This document shows positions 31,375 through 41,967 of a DNA stretch of 64,000 nucleotides, in pieces. A model generated the notes under the pieces. It worked only from the letters and a program-made list of their open reading frames with translations. It was not told the origin of the DNA and ran no database searches. A program made the translations under genes and the position numbers. Source of the DNA: an uncultured Planctomycetota bacterium (GTDB lineage Bacteria > Planctomycetota > Planctomycetia > Isosphaerales > Isosphaeraceae); the NCBI GenBank assembly GCA_963823665.1, contig CAWGMQ010000005.1:1568001-1632000 (forward strand), written 5' to 3'. Numbering within the stretch: position 1 is the stretch's first letter; each line of letters begins with the position of its first letter.

Positions 31375-31776
31375 TCATTTCTTCGGTTCCGGGATTACGA
31401 GATCCTTCGCGTCTCGCGGGTGCAGGACCCACGCCAGCATCCGCATCTTCACCTTGCCTGGGTTGCTGGACGCGCGGTGCAGGCAACCGCCCGGCTCGTA
31501 AAACGTCTCGCCCGCCTTGAGCACTTTGGCCGGTTCGTCGTCGATCGCCCACTCGTACTCACCCTCCAGCACGTACCCGAACGCCGGTCCAGGATGGCGG
31601 TGCGAGGCGCCCGCCTGGCCGGGTTCCAGCGTCACCTCGACGGCCGTCGCGTTCGTCTCCTTGCCGTCCAGCTTTTCGACGATCTCCTCGACCGCCAGTT
31701 GTCTCGCCGCCTTTTGCTTCTCGTCGTGCCGGGCCGCGATCAAGCTTCCGGTCACCAGAACGACCCCTGCCGCCAT
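31375..31776 (-). CDS. Cupin-domain protein
   Basis: 'HRHPGPAFGYVLEGE', 'AGETFYEP...H'. Confidence 0.85.
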   Translation of the reverse strand: MAAGVVLVTGSLIAARHDEKQKAARQLAVEEIVEKLDGKETNATAVEVTLEPGQAGASHRHPGPAFGYVLEGEYEWAIDDEPAKVLKAGETFYEPGGCLHRASSNPGKVKMRMLAWVLHPRDAKDLVIPEPKK

Positions 31777-32054
31777 TATCAGTGTCCGACGATTGGCGGC
31801 CCATCAACTGGCCTTTCAGCGACCGAATCGTTGCTCCATGCCGGCGACGCCGGCAATCCGGAACAAGGGTCTGCATTGTTTCCCCTTGACCTGGCGGACG
31901 CCTCACCTGCAACGACCACCGTTCGGGATACATCGCGTGTACAAGTCGGTGGTTAATAAGCCCGTCACGCAGCATGCATTGAAGGCCGGGGTGTCGCCTG
32001 AGCGACGCAGAAAGGCTCGCGGGAAGAGCTTCGGCTCTTCCGGTGTCCTTAGCT

Positions 32055-34154
32055 TTACTTCTTCAACTCCTTCCAGAGAAACGAGAACGCCAGTGCGTCC
32101 ATCAAGGCGGCTTGCTTGTTGTCGGCGGCCGCGCCGTGGCCTCCCTCGATGTTCTCGTAGAGCAGGACGTCGTGGCCTTGCTCGCGCATCTTCGCCACCA
32201 TTTTCCGGGCGTGTCCGGGGTGGACGCGGTCGTCGCGAGTCGAGGTCGTGAACAGTGTGCGCGGGTAGTGCACGGATTTCTCGACGTTGTGATAGGGCGA
32301 GAATGTACGGATATAAGTCCATTCCTCGGGCACGTCGGGGTTGCCGTACTCGCCCATCCAGCTTGCGCCGGCGAGCAGGTGGCTATACCGCTTCATATCG
32401 AGCAGCGGAGATCCACAAACGATCGCGCCGAAGAGGTCGGGCCGTCGCGTGAGCATGTTGCCCACGAGCAGGCCGCCGTTGCTCCGGCCCATCGCACCCA
32501 GGTGCGGTGGTGAGGTCACCTGGCGGCGAACCAGGTCCTCGGCAACGGCGATGAAGTCCTCGTAAGCCTTGTGACGATTCGCCTTGAGCGCGGCCTGGTG
32601 CCACCTGGGACCGAACTCGCCGCCGCCGCGGATATTGGCGAGGACGTACACGCCTCCCTGCTCGAGCCAGGCCACGCCAAAGTTGGGACTATACGAGGGG
32701 AGCATCGAGCTCTCAAAACCGCCGTAGCCATTGAGCAAGGTCGGATTCTTGCCGTCCCTGGTCAAGTCTTTGCGGGCGACCTCGAAATAAGGAACGCGGA
32801 TGCCGTCTTTCGAGACGGTCTCGTGCTGCGAAATTGCCAGTCCTTTGGAGTCGAAAAACGCGGGGAGCTGCTTGAGCGTCTCGGCGGGACCACGACCGAC
32901 AGTGCCAATAGCCAGCGTGCTCGGCGTCAGAAAGTCTGTTGTTCGCAGGAAATAGTCATCGGAATCCTCCGGGTCGACGCCGGACGCGCTCACCTGGCCG
33001 AACTCGGAAATGCCTGGCAACGGCTCGCGCAGCCAGCGGCCGTCCTGGTGCGTCAACACAGTGACACGGCTGCGCACGTTGTCCAGCTCGTTGAGCAGCA
33101 AGTGGTTCCGTGTTGACCTTGTGCCGAATGCTTCAAGTGACTTCCGCTCGGTCGGCTCGAACAGGACGTCGAACTTTCGTGTTCCCTTCAAGTACGCCTC
33201 GAGATCGGTCGCGATCAGGGCGCCGGCGGGATAGGTCTTACCGGCCACCGACCAGTCGGAGCGCAGATGTAACAGGAGCCACTCGCGATGCAGGGACGGC
33301 CAGGCATCTTCGGGCTTCTCGATCTGTATCAGCTTGCCGTCGCGGCGCAGGAAGTACTCAGAGCTGTAGCGGGTCTTCGAGCGGGTGACGAAATCGCGTT
33401 CGAAGCCGGATGTGAGGTCGCGAAAGGCGGAGACGCTCACGTCGCTCGCCTGGCCCTCGAAGACCACGACGGCCTCGGAGAGCGGTGTTCCCCGCTTCCA
33501 CTCCTTGACGATCCGCGGATAGCCCGACTTGGTGAGCGACCCGGAGCCAAAGTCCGTGCCGACGAAGACACTGTCAGACGCTCGCCAACTGATCCGGCTC
33601 TTGGCCTCGGGCAGTTGGTAACCGTCCTTGACGAACGATTTGGTGGAGATGTCAAATTCACGAACCACACTGGCGTCGGCGCCACCACGTGAGAGTGAGA
33701 TCAAGGCGAGCTTGAACTCAGGCCGGAGCACCAAGGCTCCCTTCCAGACCCAGTTCTCCTTCTCCTCTTTGCCAAGGGCGTCCAGATCGAGCACGACCTC
33801 CCAGTTCGGTTTGGCCTTGCGATATTCCTCAAGGGTCGTACGCCGCCAGAGCCCGCGCGGATTCCTGGCATCGCGCCAGAAGTTGTAGTAGTACGGGCCA
33901 AGCTTCTGAATGGCCGGGATCCTCGCTTCCGAGTCGAGGATCTCGAGGATCCGCCGCTGGAGCGACTGGAACCGCTCCGACCTGGTCAGCTCGCTCGTGC
34001 TCTCGCCGTTTCGTTCTTTGACCCAGGCCAGGGCTTTTGCACCAGCGGCATCCTCGAGCCACAAATAGGGATCAAGAGGCTCATCGCCGACTGCCAGGAG
34101 CGGATCGTTCAACGCCGTCAGCGCGACTGCCCAAAACAAGAGCCGCCGAATCAT
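32055..34154 (-). CDS. Secreted prolyl oligopeptidase (S9A)
   Basis: Signal peptide, 'DPYLWLED', 'GYGGF', 'GRSNGG' (Ser), 'DDRVHP' (Asp), 'GGH' (His). Confidence 0.93.
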   Translation of the reverse strand: MIRRLLFWAVALTALNDPLLAVGDEPLDPYLWLEDAAGAKALAWVKERNGESTSELTRSERFQSLQRRILEILDSEARIPAIQKLGPYYYNFWRDARNPRGLWRRTTLEEYRKAKPNWEVVLDLDALGKEEKENWVWKGALVLRPEFKLALISLSRGGADASVVREFDISTKSFVKDGYQLPEAKSRISWRASDSVFVGTDFGSGSLTKSGYPRIVKEWKRGTPLSEAVVVFEGQASDVSVSAFRDLTSGFERDFVTRSKTRYSSEYFLRRDGKLIQIEKPEDAWPSLHREWLLLHLRSDWSVAGKTYPAGALIATDLEAYLKGTRKFDVLFEPTERKSLEAFGTRSTRNHLLLNELDNVRSRVTVLTHQDGRWLREPLPGISEFGQVSASGVDPEDSDDYFLRTTDFLTPSTLAIGTVGRGPAETLKQLPAFFDSKGLAISQHETVSKDGIRVPYFEVARKDLTRDGKNPTLLNGYGGFESSMLPSYSPNFGVAWLEQGGVYVLANIRGGGEFGPRWHQAALKANRHKAYEDFIAVAEDLVRRQVTSPPHLGAMGRSNGGLLVGNMLTRRPDLFGAIVCGSPLLDMKRYSHLLAGASWMGEYGNPDVPEEWTYIRTFSPYHNVEKSVHYPRTLFTTSTRDDRVHPGHARKMVAKMREQGHDVLLYENIEGGHGAAADNKQAALMDALAFSFLWKELKK

Positions 34155-34279
34155 CGAAGCCTCCTCAGAACTGAGTTCCTTTCGTGCGAATATCGACAAT
34201 CGAGACAATTTCGACCACTCTAGCTCATGGCCGGCCCGATCGAAAGGGAGACCGCGCAAAGACCAACGCCGGATCGCTT

Positions 34280-34735
34280 CAACGCCCACAGCACGCTGCT
34301 TCTCACCGAGCTTTGCCGCTTGCCGCATTTCCTGCCGCGAGCTCTCGCGGCTGCCAGCCCCGCGTACGTCCGCTCGCGGATGAGGTTACGCTCAAACTCC
34401 GCGAGCGCCCCAAAGATGTGAAACACCAGCTTGCCGCCCGGTGTAGTCGTATCAAGGGATTCGGTGACGCTTTGGAATCCGATCCGCTCGGCCTCCAGCT
34501 CGGCCATTAGCTCGATCAAGTGTTTGAGCGACCGTCCCAGCCGGTCGAGCCGCCAGACCGCCAGCACGTTGCTAGATCGGAGCGCATCGTGCAGACGCTC
34601 CAGGCCGGGGCGTTGCACCCTGCCGCCACTTACCGTGTCCTCGATGATCTTCTCGCAGTCGGCCCGCTTCAGGGCGTCACGCTGCAAGTCAAGATTCTGC
34701 TCCGTTGTCGAAACTCTTGCATAGCCGATGATCAT
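34280..34735 (-). pseudogene. Hin/Pin-like serine recombinase copy 1 (catalytic Ser intact; frameshift and loss of C-terminal HTH)
   Basis: 'MIIGYARVST', 'VWRLDRLGRS', 'LAEFERNLIRERT'; similarity to copies 3/4 ends after 'KQRAVGV'. Confidence 0.85.
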
Positions 34736-34825
34736 ACCGCACCCCCTTGCCTCTCGAGTTAAGAAGCCCGTCGGAATGTTTGGGAGCGGACTTTTTGCGG
34801 TCAAGCCGCTGAGTCATCGGAACAA

Positions 34826-34903
34826 TAAATAGACCCCAGGTTTGATTGACGCCCCCTCAGATCGAGGACCGCCGCCCGTTCTTGAGGTCGATCGATGCCT
34901 CGA
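34826..34903 (+). repeat. hix/res-like site A plus conserved downstream flank
   Basis: TAAATAGACCC-CA-GGTTTGATTGAC followed by ~50 bp shared with sites B and C. Confidence 0.75.
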
Positions 34904-35119
34904 ACTCCTTTCCGTCGTCGCATGGGCCATCGTGCGCGCGCCGTGTCGTCGGATCGACGCGGGTTGGGCAAAAAGTGTGCACTCGGGACACGCCCTCCTG
35001 TGTCGATATGGACTCGTCACATCGGCCGAATTCAGGTAGTGTCAGCGAACGGATCGTCGTCAACAGCGACATCCACTTCGATAAGGACGACCCGCGCAGG
35101 AATGGAATCCGGAAGCAGC

Positions 35120-36547
35120 ATGGGCAAGCGCATCCGAAACTACCGAACAGGCGACCGAGGGGAAGACCTTGGCATCTTCCTGTTGAGAGCGTTCTGCGCC
35201 GTCGCACCAATCCCCAGGCAGGAGGACTTCGGGCTGGCGGATGCCGTGGCCACGCTACTTCGGCCCGAGGGCAGATTTTGGTATGCCGAGGACTCCTTTC
35301 TGGTGCAATTCAAGTCCAGGACCGAGAAGAAGGTGACGCTGGAGGCGCCTGTCTTCGAACGGTGGCTCGCCCAGGATCTCTCGATCCTTGTTGGTCGGGT
35401 GAACCTTATAGAGAAAACCATCGAGTTCTTCACAGTAGGTGCGGCACTCTTCGACCGCCGTGTGCATCAGGCCAGGGGCCTCGTGCTCTGGCTGATAAAC
35501 GGCGAAGAGGGGCTCCACGACGAGGTTTTGCACTTGAGACTGGAAAAGCCGATCCTGAGGTGGTCGGCAGCAGACACCGAGGGCGTTGAATTCACCGACC
35601 GGACGTACGCCGTCCTTAAGCAATGGCTCAAACTGGAGCGATGGAACCGACGGTACTTCCGCGCCGGAGTGGCACGCGAGACCCTGTGGGAGACGAACAA
35701 AATGCCCACGGAAGGTAATGTCGTCCACACTTGGTCCCCTGCGCTCGGACGAGAGGCTCTGGCGGACATTGAACCGCTAGTTCACCTGATCGGCCTGTAC
35801 GCGCGTCATCATCCTGAGCTATGGACTCGGGTACATGCGGTTGAGGATGCCCTTCGGGGCCCGGACGATCCCAGCATGCTCGCGGGAATGCGGTCCTTCC
35901 AGCGCTTAACCGACGCGCCGCCACGTCTGGCAGCGATCGCCAGGAGACACCCGACGGCGGACGCGGTCGTAACGATCCAGATGCTACGCTGCGATGCGGA
36001 GGGTGCAAATTTCTGGATTTACATGTGCGGGCGGGACGGAAGTAGCGTATCGCTACGACACGAGGGGACATGGGCAGAACTGAAGCAGAAGGGTTTTGAC
36101 TACGAAATTAAAGGAGACGTTCCGAGTGCCAAGGTTACGTTGAACCTGAACCGATATTTCGCCAGCGCCCCGATCCCTCATGAGATCGTCGACGGCCCTG
36201 ACGAGACGCTGACCGTGGGTTTATGGGAGCACTCCCCGTGCTTCTTCCTACGTCGCGTCCAGGCGGACGAACCTGTGAGTGGTACAGATTTGATGCCGAC
36301 CGGGTCATCGCAAGAAGGCGCCAGAGCGTCCTCGAAAGCAACCAAGCGGGTCCCGAAAGCGTTGGGCAAGAGCCCGAAGGCGTCCGCTAAACCTGCCGCA
36401 AATGCTCCCAGAGCCGGGGGCGACGACAAGAACAAAACCGTGAAATCGAAGGCCGTAAAACCCGCGATCAAGAAATCAGCAGCCACTAGACTTGCCGCGC
36501 GTGCGGCAAAGGCGACCTCGAAAGGAAAATCCAGCAAGACGGGTTAA
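35120..36547 (+). CDS. PD-(D/E)XK nuclease-like protein (DUF4365-like N-terminus) with Lys/Ala-rich tail
   Basis: 'GDRGEDLG...RQEDFGLAD...FLVQFKS' (E..D..QxK). Confidence 0.6.
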   Translation: MGKRIRNYRTGDRGEDLGIFLLRAFCAVAPIPRQEDFGLADAVATLLRPEGRFWYAEDSFLVQFKSRTEKKVTLEAPVFERWLAQDLSILVGRVNLIEKTIEFFTVGAALFDRRVHQARGLVLWLINGEEGLHDEVLHLRLEKPILRWSAADTEGVEFTDRTYAVLKQWLKLERWNRRYFRAGVARETLWETNKMPTEGNVVHTWSPALGREALADIEPLVHLIGLYARHHPELWTRVHAVEDALRGPDDPSMLAGMRSFQRLTDAPPRLAAIARRHPTADAVVTIQMLRCDAEGANFWIYMCGRDGSSVSLRHEGTWAELKQKGFDYEIKGDVPSAKVTLNLNRYFASAPIPHEIVDGPDETLTVGLWEHSPCFFLRRVQADEPVSGTDLMPTGSSQEGARASSKATKRVPKALGKSPKASAKPAANAPRAGGDDKNKTVKSKAVKPAIKKSAATRLAARAAKATSKGKSSKTG

Positions 36548-36799
36548 TTGTCGAATTGGTCTGAAGACTCGGTCGGGACCTGATCAATAGGGCAAGTCCT
36601 TCCGATACACCTGGTACTCGGACGGAATGACCGACGTTCAGTGGATTCGGAAGGCGTACATCGGGGGGTAGGCTGCGGCTTACCAACGGCTGAGCTGACC
36701 GTAGCCGCCATTCTGGTTTCCCGAGCTTCAACGTTCTTGCAGGCAGCAACTGCTGCGCAGCCGAGCGTTTCGGAAGCGCATCGGCCAGATCGACCGATG

Positions 36800-36882
36800 C
36801 GTCTCGCGCCGGCTTCAGTTCATCATGCCGCAAACGGAGACTGTTTTTTCGTCGTCGGGTCCCCCGCGTAGCCGATGATCAC
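36800..36882 (-). pseudogene. Serine recombinase copy 2, 5' remnant only
   Basis: GTG ATC ATC GGC TAC GCG..CCG ACG ACG...CAT GAT GAA CTG AAG ('VIIGYA..PTT...LRHDELKPA' vs 'LQRDALKRA'). Confidence 0.7.
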
Positions 36883-36960
36883 GCTCCGCAGGCTAGCCGC
36901 CGGAGTAAAGAAACCGGTGAGAGCGGGAATTTTGAGCTGAAGTCGCTAACCGACCGGCAT

Positions 36961-37040
36961 GGTAAACAAAACCCAGGTTTGATTAACGGCCCCTGAGATC
37001 GAGCACTGCTGCCCGTTCCTGAAGTCGATCGATGACTCGA
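36961..37040 (+). repeat. hix/res-like site B plus conserved downstream flank
   Basis: GGTAAACAAAACC-CA-GGTTTGATTAACG, then 'cccctgagatcgag...cccgttcctgaagtcgatcgatg'. Confidence 0.8.
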
Positions 37041-37156
37041 GCGGCGTTGGGCTCCGCGCCGGGCGCGTGTCGTCGTCGTCGGACCGAAGCTGCGAAGGCA
37101 ACGCGCAGTGGGTACAATGACCAACCTTTAGCGCTCGCAGTCAATTCAGAATTCGA

Positions 37157-37888
37157 GTGACCCCTGTGGCTATCATTCGTGAACCAAACAGCTACCTTCG
37201 CTCGCTCTCGACCGAATTGCAATGCAGGGCTGATAGGATTCGGCACCTGATCGGAGACGCGCATTTCCTCACAGACGGCCATCACAAAGAATATGTACTG
37301 CAGGGCATGATTGAAAACTTTCTTCCCGAGGGTCTTATCTGTGCGCGAGGTTTCGTAGTACGAGATCATGCGCTGTCGTTCATCAGCCTCGAACAAGACT
37401 TGCTTCTCGTGGATGTGCGGCGGTGCGCGCCTCTTTTCTACGAATCCGGCGTCATCGTGACCTTCCCGGAGAACGTCCGGGCGGCAATCTCGGTGAAGAG
37501 TACTCTGTCGGCCAAGACGCTGTTGGATTCGATCAGGGGCCTGAATTCCATTCCTAGGATTGAATCAGAACAACAGCCGTGGCTAGGTGTCTTCGCGTTC
37601 ATTTTAAATAGTGATTGGAGGAAAAACCCCTCTCTTGCAGTGGGATGGGTCAGAAACCGAATGGGTAAGCTGTTCCAACATTGGACAGACGGCGGCATTT
37701 GCTCTAATGGTGAATTGTTCGTACGCATGAACTGTCGCGAGCCGCGTAATGCGCGTGGCTACGCCACAGAATTGTCATCCGCGCTCTTTCTGGCAACCTT
37801 GGTAGATGGGGTTCTAGATCGCGCCGACAGAAGTTCCCGAGGAATTGGTGATCTTATGTCCGGCCTGGAGTTTCCGGAGATCGCGTGA
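37157..37888 (+). CDS. DUF6602-like restriction-endonuclease-fold protein
   Basis: 'H..TDG..KE....ENFLP.....GFVV....S.EQDLLLVD....PLF......PENVRAAISVKS.L'. Confidence 0.7.
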   Translation: MTPVAIIREPNSYLRSLSTELQCRADRIRHLIGDAHFLTDGHHKEYVLQGMIENFLPEGLICARGFVVRDHALSFISLEQDLLLVDVRRCAPLFYESGVIVTFPENVRAAISVKSTLSAKTLLDSIRGLNSIPRIESEQQPWLGVFAFILNSDWRKNPSLAVGWVRNRMGKLFQHWTDGGICSNGELFVRMNCREPRNARGYATELSSALFLATLVDGVLDRADRSSRGIGDLMSGLEFPEIA

Positions 37889-37892
37889 CAGG

Positions 37893-40800
37893 CTAGGCAT
37901 CATGAACGGCGCGGGTGCCGCCGAAGCAAAACATGACGTTAGCGTGGTCGATCTCGCCTGGAGCGCACCAGCGGTCGCGTTTCTCAACGAGAACGTTTTG
38001 CCGCAACTCTCCAACATCTAGATAAACCCGGCCTCCATATTCTCGGACGGTACCCTGAACCGTCCTCCTGCCGCCCTTTGAGTTTAAGAAGAATGCGCGG
38101 GGGAGCCAGAGCACATTTGACGGGATATGTGACTGGCGCAGTCGGGTAAAAACGCCGGCAGCTGCGTCCCAATCGCCGAGATGCGCGAGGGCAAGCCCTT
38201 GAAGGAAATGAAAGAAGCTCTGTTGCTCAATGGCATCGTTGGTCAGAATCTCGTTGACGATCGACAGGAGTTCCGGCCAATTAATCTCGATGTCGATGGG
38301 CGAGAGCATTGCTCGATGGATTCGCCACCAGTAAAAAACCTCGGCCTGTATCTGAGAGAGCCGCCGGTCAATGTAGCGACCTTCGTCCTTGACTTGCTGG
38401 CGGCATTGGAGGACGTATTGGTATAGCTCGTTGAAATCGCGACCTTTCCCTTTCTCGCGTGCGACTGCGAGCTTTCTGCGGGCGACAACAATAAACCCGT
38501 CCTGGCTGCGGCTGGTCTTCCATACTTCGCTGGCAATCAACTCGGCGTCGGCGCGAGGAAGAGCGGCGTCGTAAATTGCCTCGCGAGCCTCACGTAGCAA
38601 CCCTTCGCTCTTTTTCGATCGTGACCGGACAGCAATAGGTGAGTTATCTAGGATAGCAAGCTTGTCGATCTCGCCGACGGCGTCACACGCGATCTTGAGT
38701 TTGGCTGCTGTAGCGTCTTCGCTGAGCGCGCGAACAAGTTGGAGGCTGATTCCCGCTCCCACGTGGACGGCATGAGCGTCGGCGACCGTTCCTTGTCGGG
38801 ATTTCTCAAGCAACTCTTCTGCCTCGACACGTCCGGCCTCCAAAGTTTTTTCACCTGACTTAATCTGTGTCAGGACCGCTGATGCCATCGACGTATAGAT
38901 GTTCGACTCGGGCTCATTGCGCTCAGTATACGGATAATTTGGTGTCGCCAGTGCGGTCTTATAGAGCCGAAGGGCTTCTGCTGGGTGATTATGCCGATCC
39001 TCCCAGAGTCCCTGGTGATGGACGAGGGCGCGATCCGGTGCTGCCAACGCGTCTATGGCGGCGATGTAAAGATCGCGACCATCGTCGTAGTTCAGTCTTT
39101 CAAGCTTAGGGTTTCCCACTAGCAGCTTGGCGACGAAGTTTCGATAGGTTAGCCCAGATCGCCCAGAGCATGCGCTGATTAGAGAGTGAAGTACGCCGAT
39201 TTCACCAAGACGACCATGCGGACCGCCGTTGATAAGTGTGACGATCGTATCTGTGACGATTTGGTTTCTGCATCGAAGCGAAATGCCGTCATCGCTGTTA
39301 ATCATGTAGAGCACGCCCCAAACTGCGCTGTTTGTCGCGAGTAGATCTTTCGCTTCGCTCCACTCAAACCCAATAGCCGCGCGCAGCAACTCAAACGGAA
39401 GAGCGCAACCGTACATATTTGCAACCGACGTGCAGCGGTACGCTTCCCGAACTCGGTCGGTGCTGATATCGTATTCTCCCTTGATCCTGTTTTTCAGCCC
39501 GTTGATGTCACCGAGACGGCAATACTCGTCTCTAACCGACGAAACGATGATGTGCCTTGTCTGCGGCACCGTGACGTAGAGCGTGTTCAGCACGTCTCTC
39601 GCGTGAGTGAGGTCGGCTCCCTTGAGAAGTTCGCGAGCATTCTGAAGTGAGGATGCGGCCTGGATTGTGCATAGGTATTCGGCCAGGCGGGCAACTTCCT
39701 CCTCACTGAAGTCATCCCCTAGACAGATTTCTGACACAGCAGTTGAATGACCTGTAATTTGGGTCGTGTCAATGGCAGCCCATTCCGATGAGCGGACGGC
39801 GATAATAAGTGTGACGCTGATGCCAAAAGACGCGCAACTGCGAAGGATATGTTGTACTTCTCCTGATCGGGTGTGGAGAGGGTCATCGATCACGACAAAT
39901 GTTTCCCGCGCCTCGGGGAGTTCCGCACGAAAGTCACGGAAGAACTCGTGGAAGACCCGCTCAGGTGTCGAGAGCGGACTGGCTGTTACCCATATGACGG
40001 TCTTGTCGGCTGAAGATAATTCGTAAGCCACGCGCTTGAGCATCGTTGTCTTGCCGTTAGCGGCACTTCCAGTAATAGCCAAGCATGTGTGTGACGCCGG
40101 ATTTTCCCGAGCAAGACGTTTGGCGGTTTCGACCACGTTTGACTCGATATCACGACGAAAATCCAAGTTCATTGAGTAGGCTGCCCACTCGGGCACGGAC
40201 GGCGAAAAAAGTGAGTCGAGGAGCGCCTCTCTGGGAATCTTGTCGACAACTGGTGCGTCAACCGGTTTAACGACGATGCAGATGTCGCGATATCGTTCCA
40301 ACAAGCTTTCATTCTGGGCAACCAGAGGTAACTGCCGAGTCCTGCCGAAGTTCTCCTGAGCGGAGATTCGGCTGACGAGTGCGGAAAGTGAATCCTGAAA
40401 CGCATATGCCGGTATTCGCTTTTCCAACAATCGGAGAAGGGTCCGATTTTGAAGCATCGGGCAGTCTTTCATGAAAACGAGTGAGCTCGGCCGGGTCTTC
40501 GGCGCGGCCAACATGTCGGAGACAAGGTCGAGGAACGCTTCAGCATCACCGTCAACGCCGATACAAATCGCGGGCGATCCAGCGAGCATGTCGCAGAACG
40601 ATTCCAGCGCAATTCGCCACGTCGCGCGAGATGAAAGGTATTCGTCCTCGAAGAGAACAAAGCAATTCTCAGTAAGCGACCCGAGCAGCTTGAACGACGG
40701 CGTGCATCGAGGAGGAACTGGGGCGGTCATGTCGGTGATCGTTGTGAGTGGCTTGCGAGCTGCCTTCTTGTCGATCTCGGTTTGGATTCGAGTTTCCAAA

Positions 40801-41114
40801 TAGGTGTCTAGCGTCAGGCTGAAGATTGACTTCCAATTCGGCTTGGCGAGAGTTGCGAGGTATGGGGATGCCTTTTCCTGCCCGTAGAATTCTCGGATTC
40901 GGTCTCTGGCTGCCGCCTCATCGCCACCTTGCGATCGCAGAAAATCGCCAAGGGTTTTGACGCCAATTACGGCGTCGGGATGGGGATGGTGCAGTTTCTT
41001 CGCTATAGCTCGGTAGAGATCAGCGTGAACAGTCACGCCCGGTCCCGCGATCAATCCGGCGCGGCCGAGTAGGATGTCGGAGATGGACTCTGAATTGACG
41101 GGTTTCACCTGCAT
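37893..41114 (-). CDS. SIR2-like (degenerate) - STAND P-loop NTPase - helical/TPR - C-terminal OB-like domain protein
   Basis: 'LIAGPG', 'SIFSLTLD', 'FKLLGSL', 'ICIGVDG' at SIR2 motif positions; Walker A 'GSAANGKTT', Walker B 'FVVIDD'. Confidence 0.75.
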   Translation of the reverse strand: MQVKPVNSESISDILLGRAGLIAGPGVTVHADLYRAIAKKLHHPHPDAVIGVKTLGDFLRSQGGDEAAARDRIREFYGQEKASPYLATLAKPNWKSIFSLTLDTYLETRIQTEIDKKAARKPLTTITDMTAPVPPRCTPSFKLLGSLTENCFVLFEDEYLSSRATWRIALESFCDMLAGSPAICIGVDGDAEAFLDLVSDMLAAPKTRPSSLVFMKDCPMLQNRTLLRLLEKRIPAYAFQDSLSALVSRISAQENFGRTRQLPLVAQNESLLERYRDICIVVKPVDAPVVDKIPREALLDSLFSPSVPEWAAYSMNLDFRRDIESNVVETAKRLARENPASHTCLAITGSAANGKTTMLKRVAYELSSADKTVIWVTASPLSTPERVFHEFFRDFRAELPEARETFVVIDDPLHTRSGEVQHILRSCASFGISVTLIIAVRSSEWAAIDTTQITGHSTAVSEICLGDDFSEEEVARLAEYLCTIQAASSLQNARELLKGADLTHARDVLNTLYVTVPQTRHIIVSSVRDEYCRLGDINGLKNRIKGEYDISTDRVREAYRCTSVANMYGCALPFELLRAAIGFEWSEAKDLLATNSAVWGVLYMINSDDGISLRCRNQIVTDTIVTLINGGPHGRLGEIGVLHSLISACSGRSGLTYRNFVAKLLVGNPKLERLNYDDGRDLYIAAIDALAAPDRALVHHQGLWEDRHNHPAEALRLYKTALATPNYPYTERNEPESNIYTSMASAVLTQIKSGEKTLEAGRVEAEELLEKSRQGTVADAHAVHVGAGISLQLVRALSEDATAAKLKIACDAVGEIDKLAILDNSPIAVRSRSKKSEGLLREAREAIYDAALPRADAELIASEVWKTSRSQDGFIVVARRKLAVAREKGKGRDFNELYQYVLQCRQQVKDEGRYIDRRLSQIQAEVFYWWRIHRAMLSPIDIEINWPELLSIVNEILTNDAIEQQSFFHFLQGLALAHLGDWDAAAGVFTRLRQSHIPSNVLWLPRAFFLNSKGGRRTVQGTVREYGGRVYLDVGELRQNVLVEKRDRWCAPGEIDHANVMFCFGGTRAVHDA

Positions 41115-41317
41115 GTTCTAGCGCCATGAACAAAGGTAGAGGCTGTCGTTGCTGGAGACCTGAATTCTACAGCGAGAGTGGTGCCAGGCGAAATCTTTGG
41201 GGGAGGTAGAATCGCCTTTCGCGCGCTTTGGTGGGATCGACCGAACCATCGGAAGGACTTTTCGACCGGCACCCGGCGAGGCGCACATTTGCCGCACCAG
41301 ACGCGCCGGATCGGTCG

Positions 41318-41877
41318 TCAAATCTGGCCAGGCTGCGCCGCGACATACTTGTAAAGCGTCGGCCTTGAGGTGCCGACCGCTTTGCAAATCTCGTCAATCG
41401 TGTGTTTCTTTTGCCGGTACACATTGACCGCCACGGCACGCTGCTTGTCTCCAAGCTTTTTTCGCCTACCGCCTTTCTTACCGCGTGCTCTCGCGGCCGC
41501 CACCCCCGCGTAGGTCCGTTCGCGGATCAGGTTACGCTCAAACTCCGCGAGCGCCCCAAAGATGTGAAACACCAGCTTGCCACTCGGAGTCGTGGTATCG
41601 ACGGATTCAGTGACGCTGTGGAACCCGATCCCCTGGCACTCCAACTCGCCCATAAGATCGATCAGGTGTTTGAGCGTTCGGCCCAACCGGTCGAGCTGCC
41701 AGACGGCCAGCACGTCGCCAGGTCGGGGCATATCCTGCACCCTCTCTAGGCCGGAGCGGTGCAGGTTGCCACCGGCCGTGTCCTCGATGAACTCCTCACA
41801 CACCGCCCGCTTCAGGGCATCACGCTGCAAGTCAAGACTCTGCTCGGTCGTCGGGATCCTCGCGTAGCGATGATCAC
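41318..41877 (-). pseudogene. Serine recombinase copy 3 (5' frameshift, catalytic Ser->Pro, HTH intact)
   Basis: GTG ATC ATC GC TAC (1-nt deletion), 'YARIPTT', 'WQLDRLGR', C-terminal 'HTIDEICKAVGTSRPTLYKY'. Confidence 0.88.
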
Positions 41878-41967
41878 CGTACACCCCCTTGCCGCTAGAG
41901 TAGTGAAACCCCGTGGCAGCGCAAGCCAATGGGATTTAAGGTATCAAGACGCTAGGCCACCGCAGTA

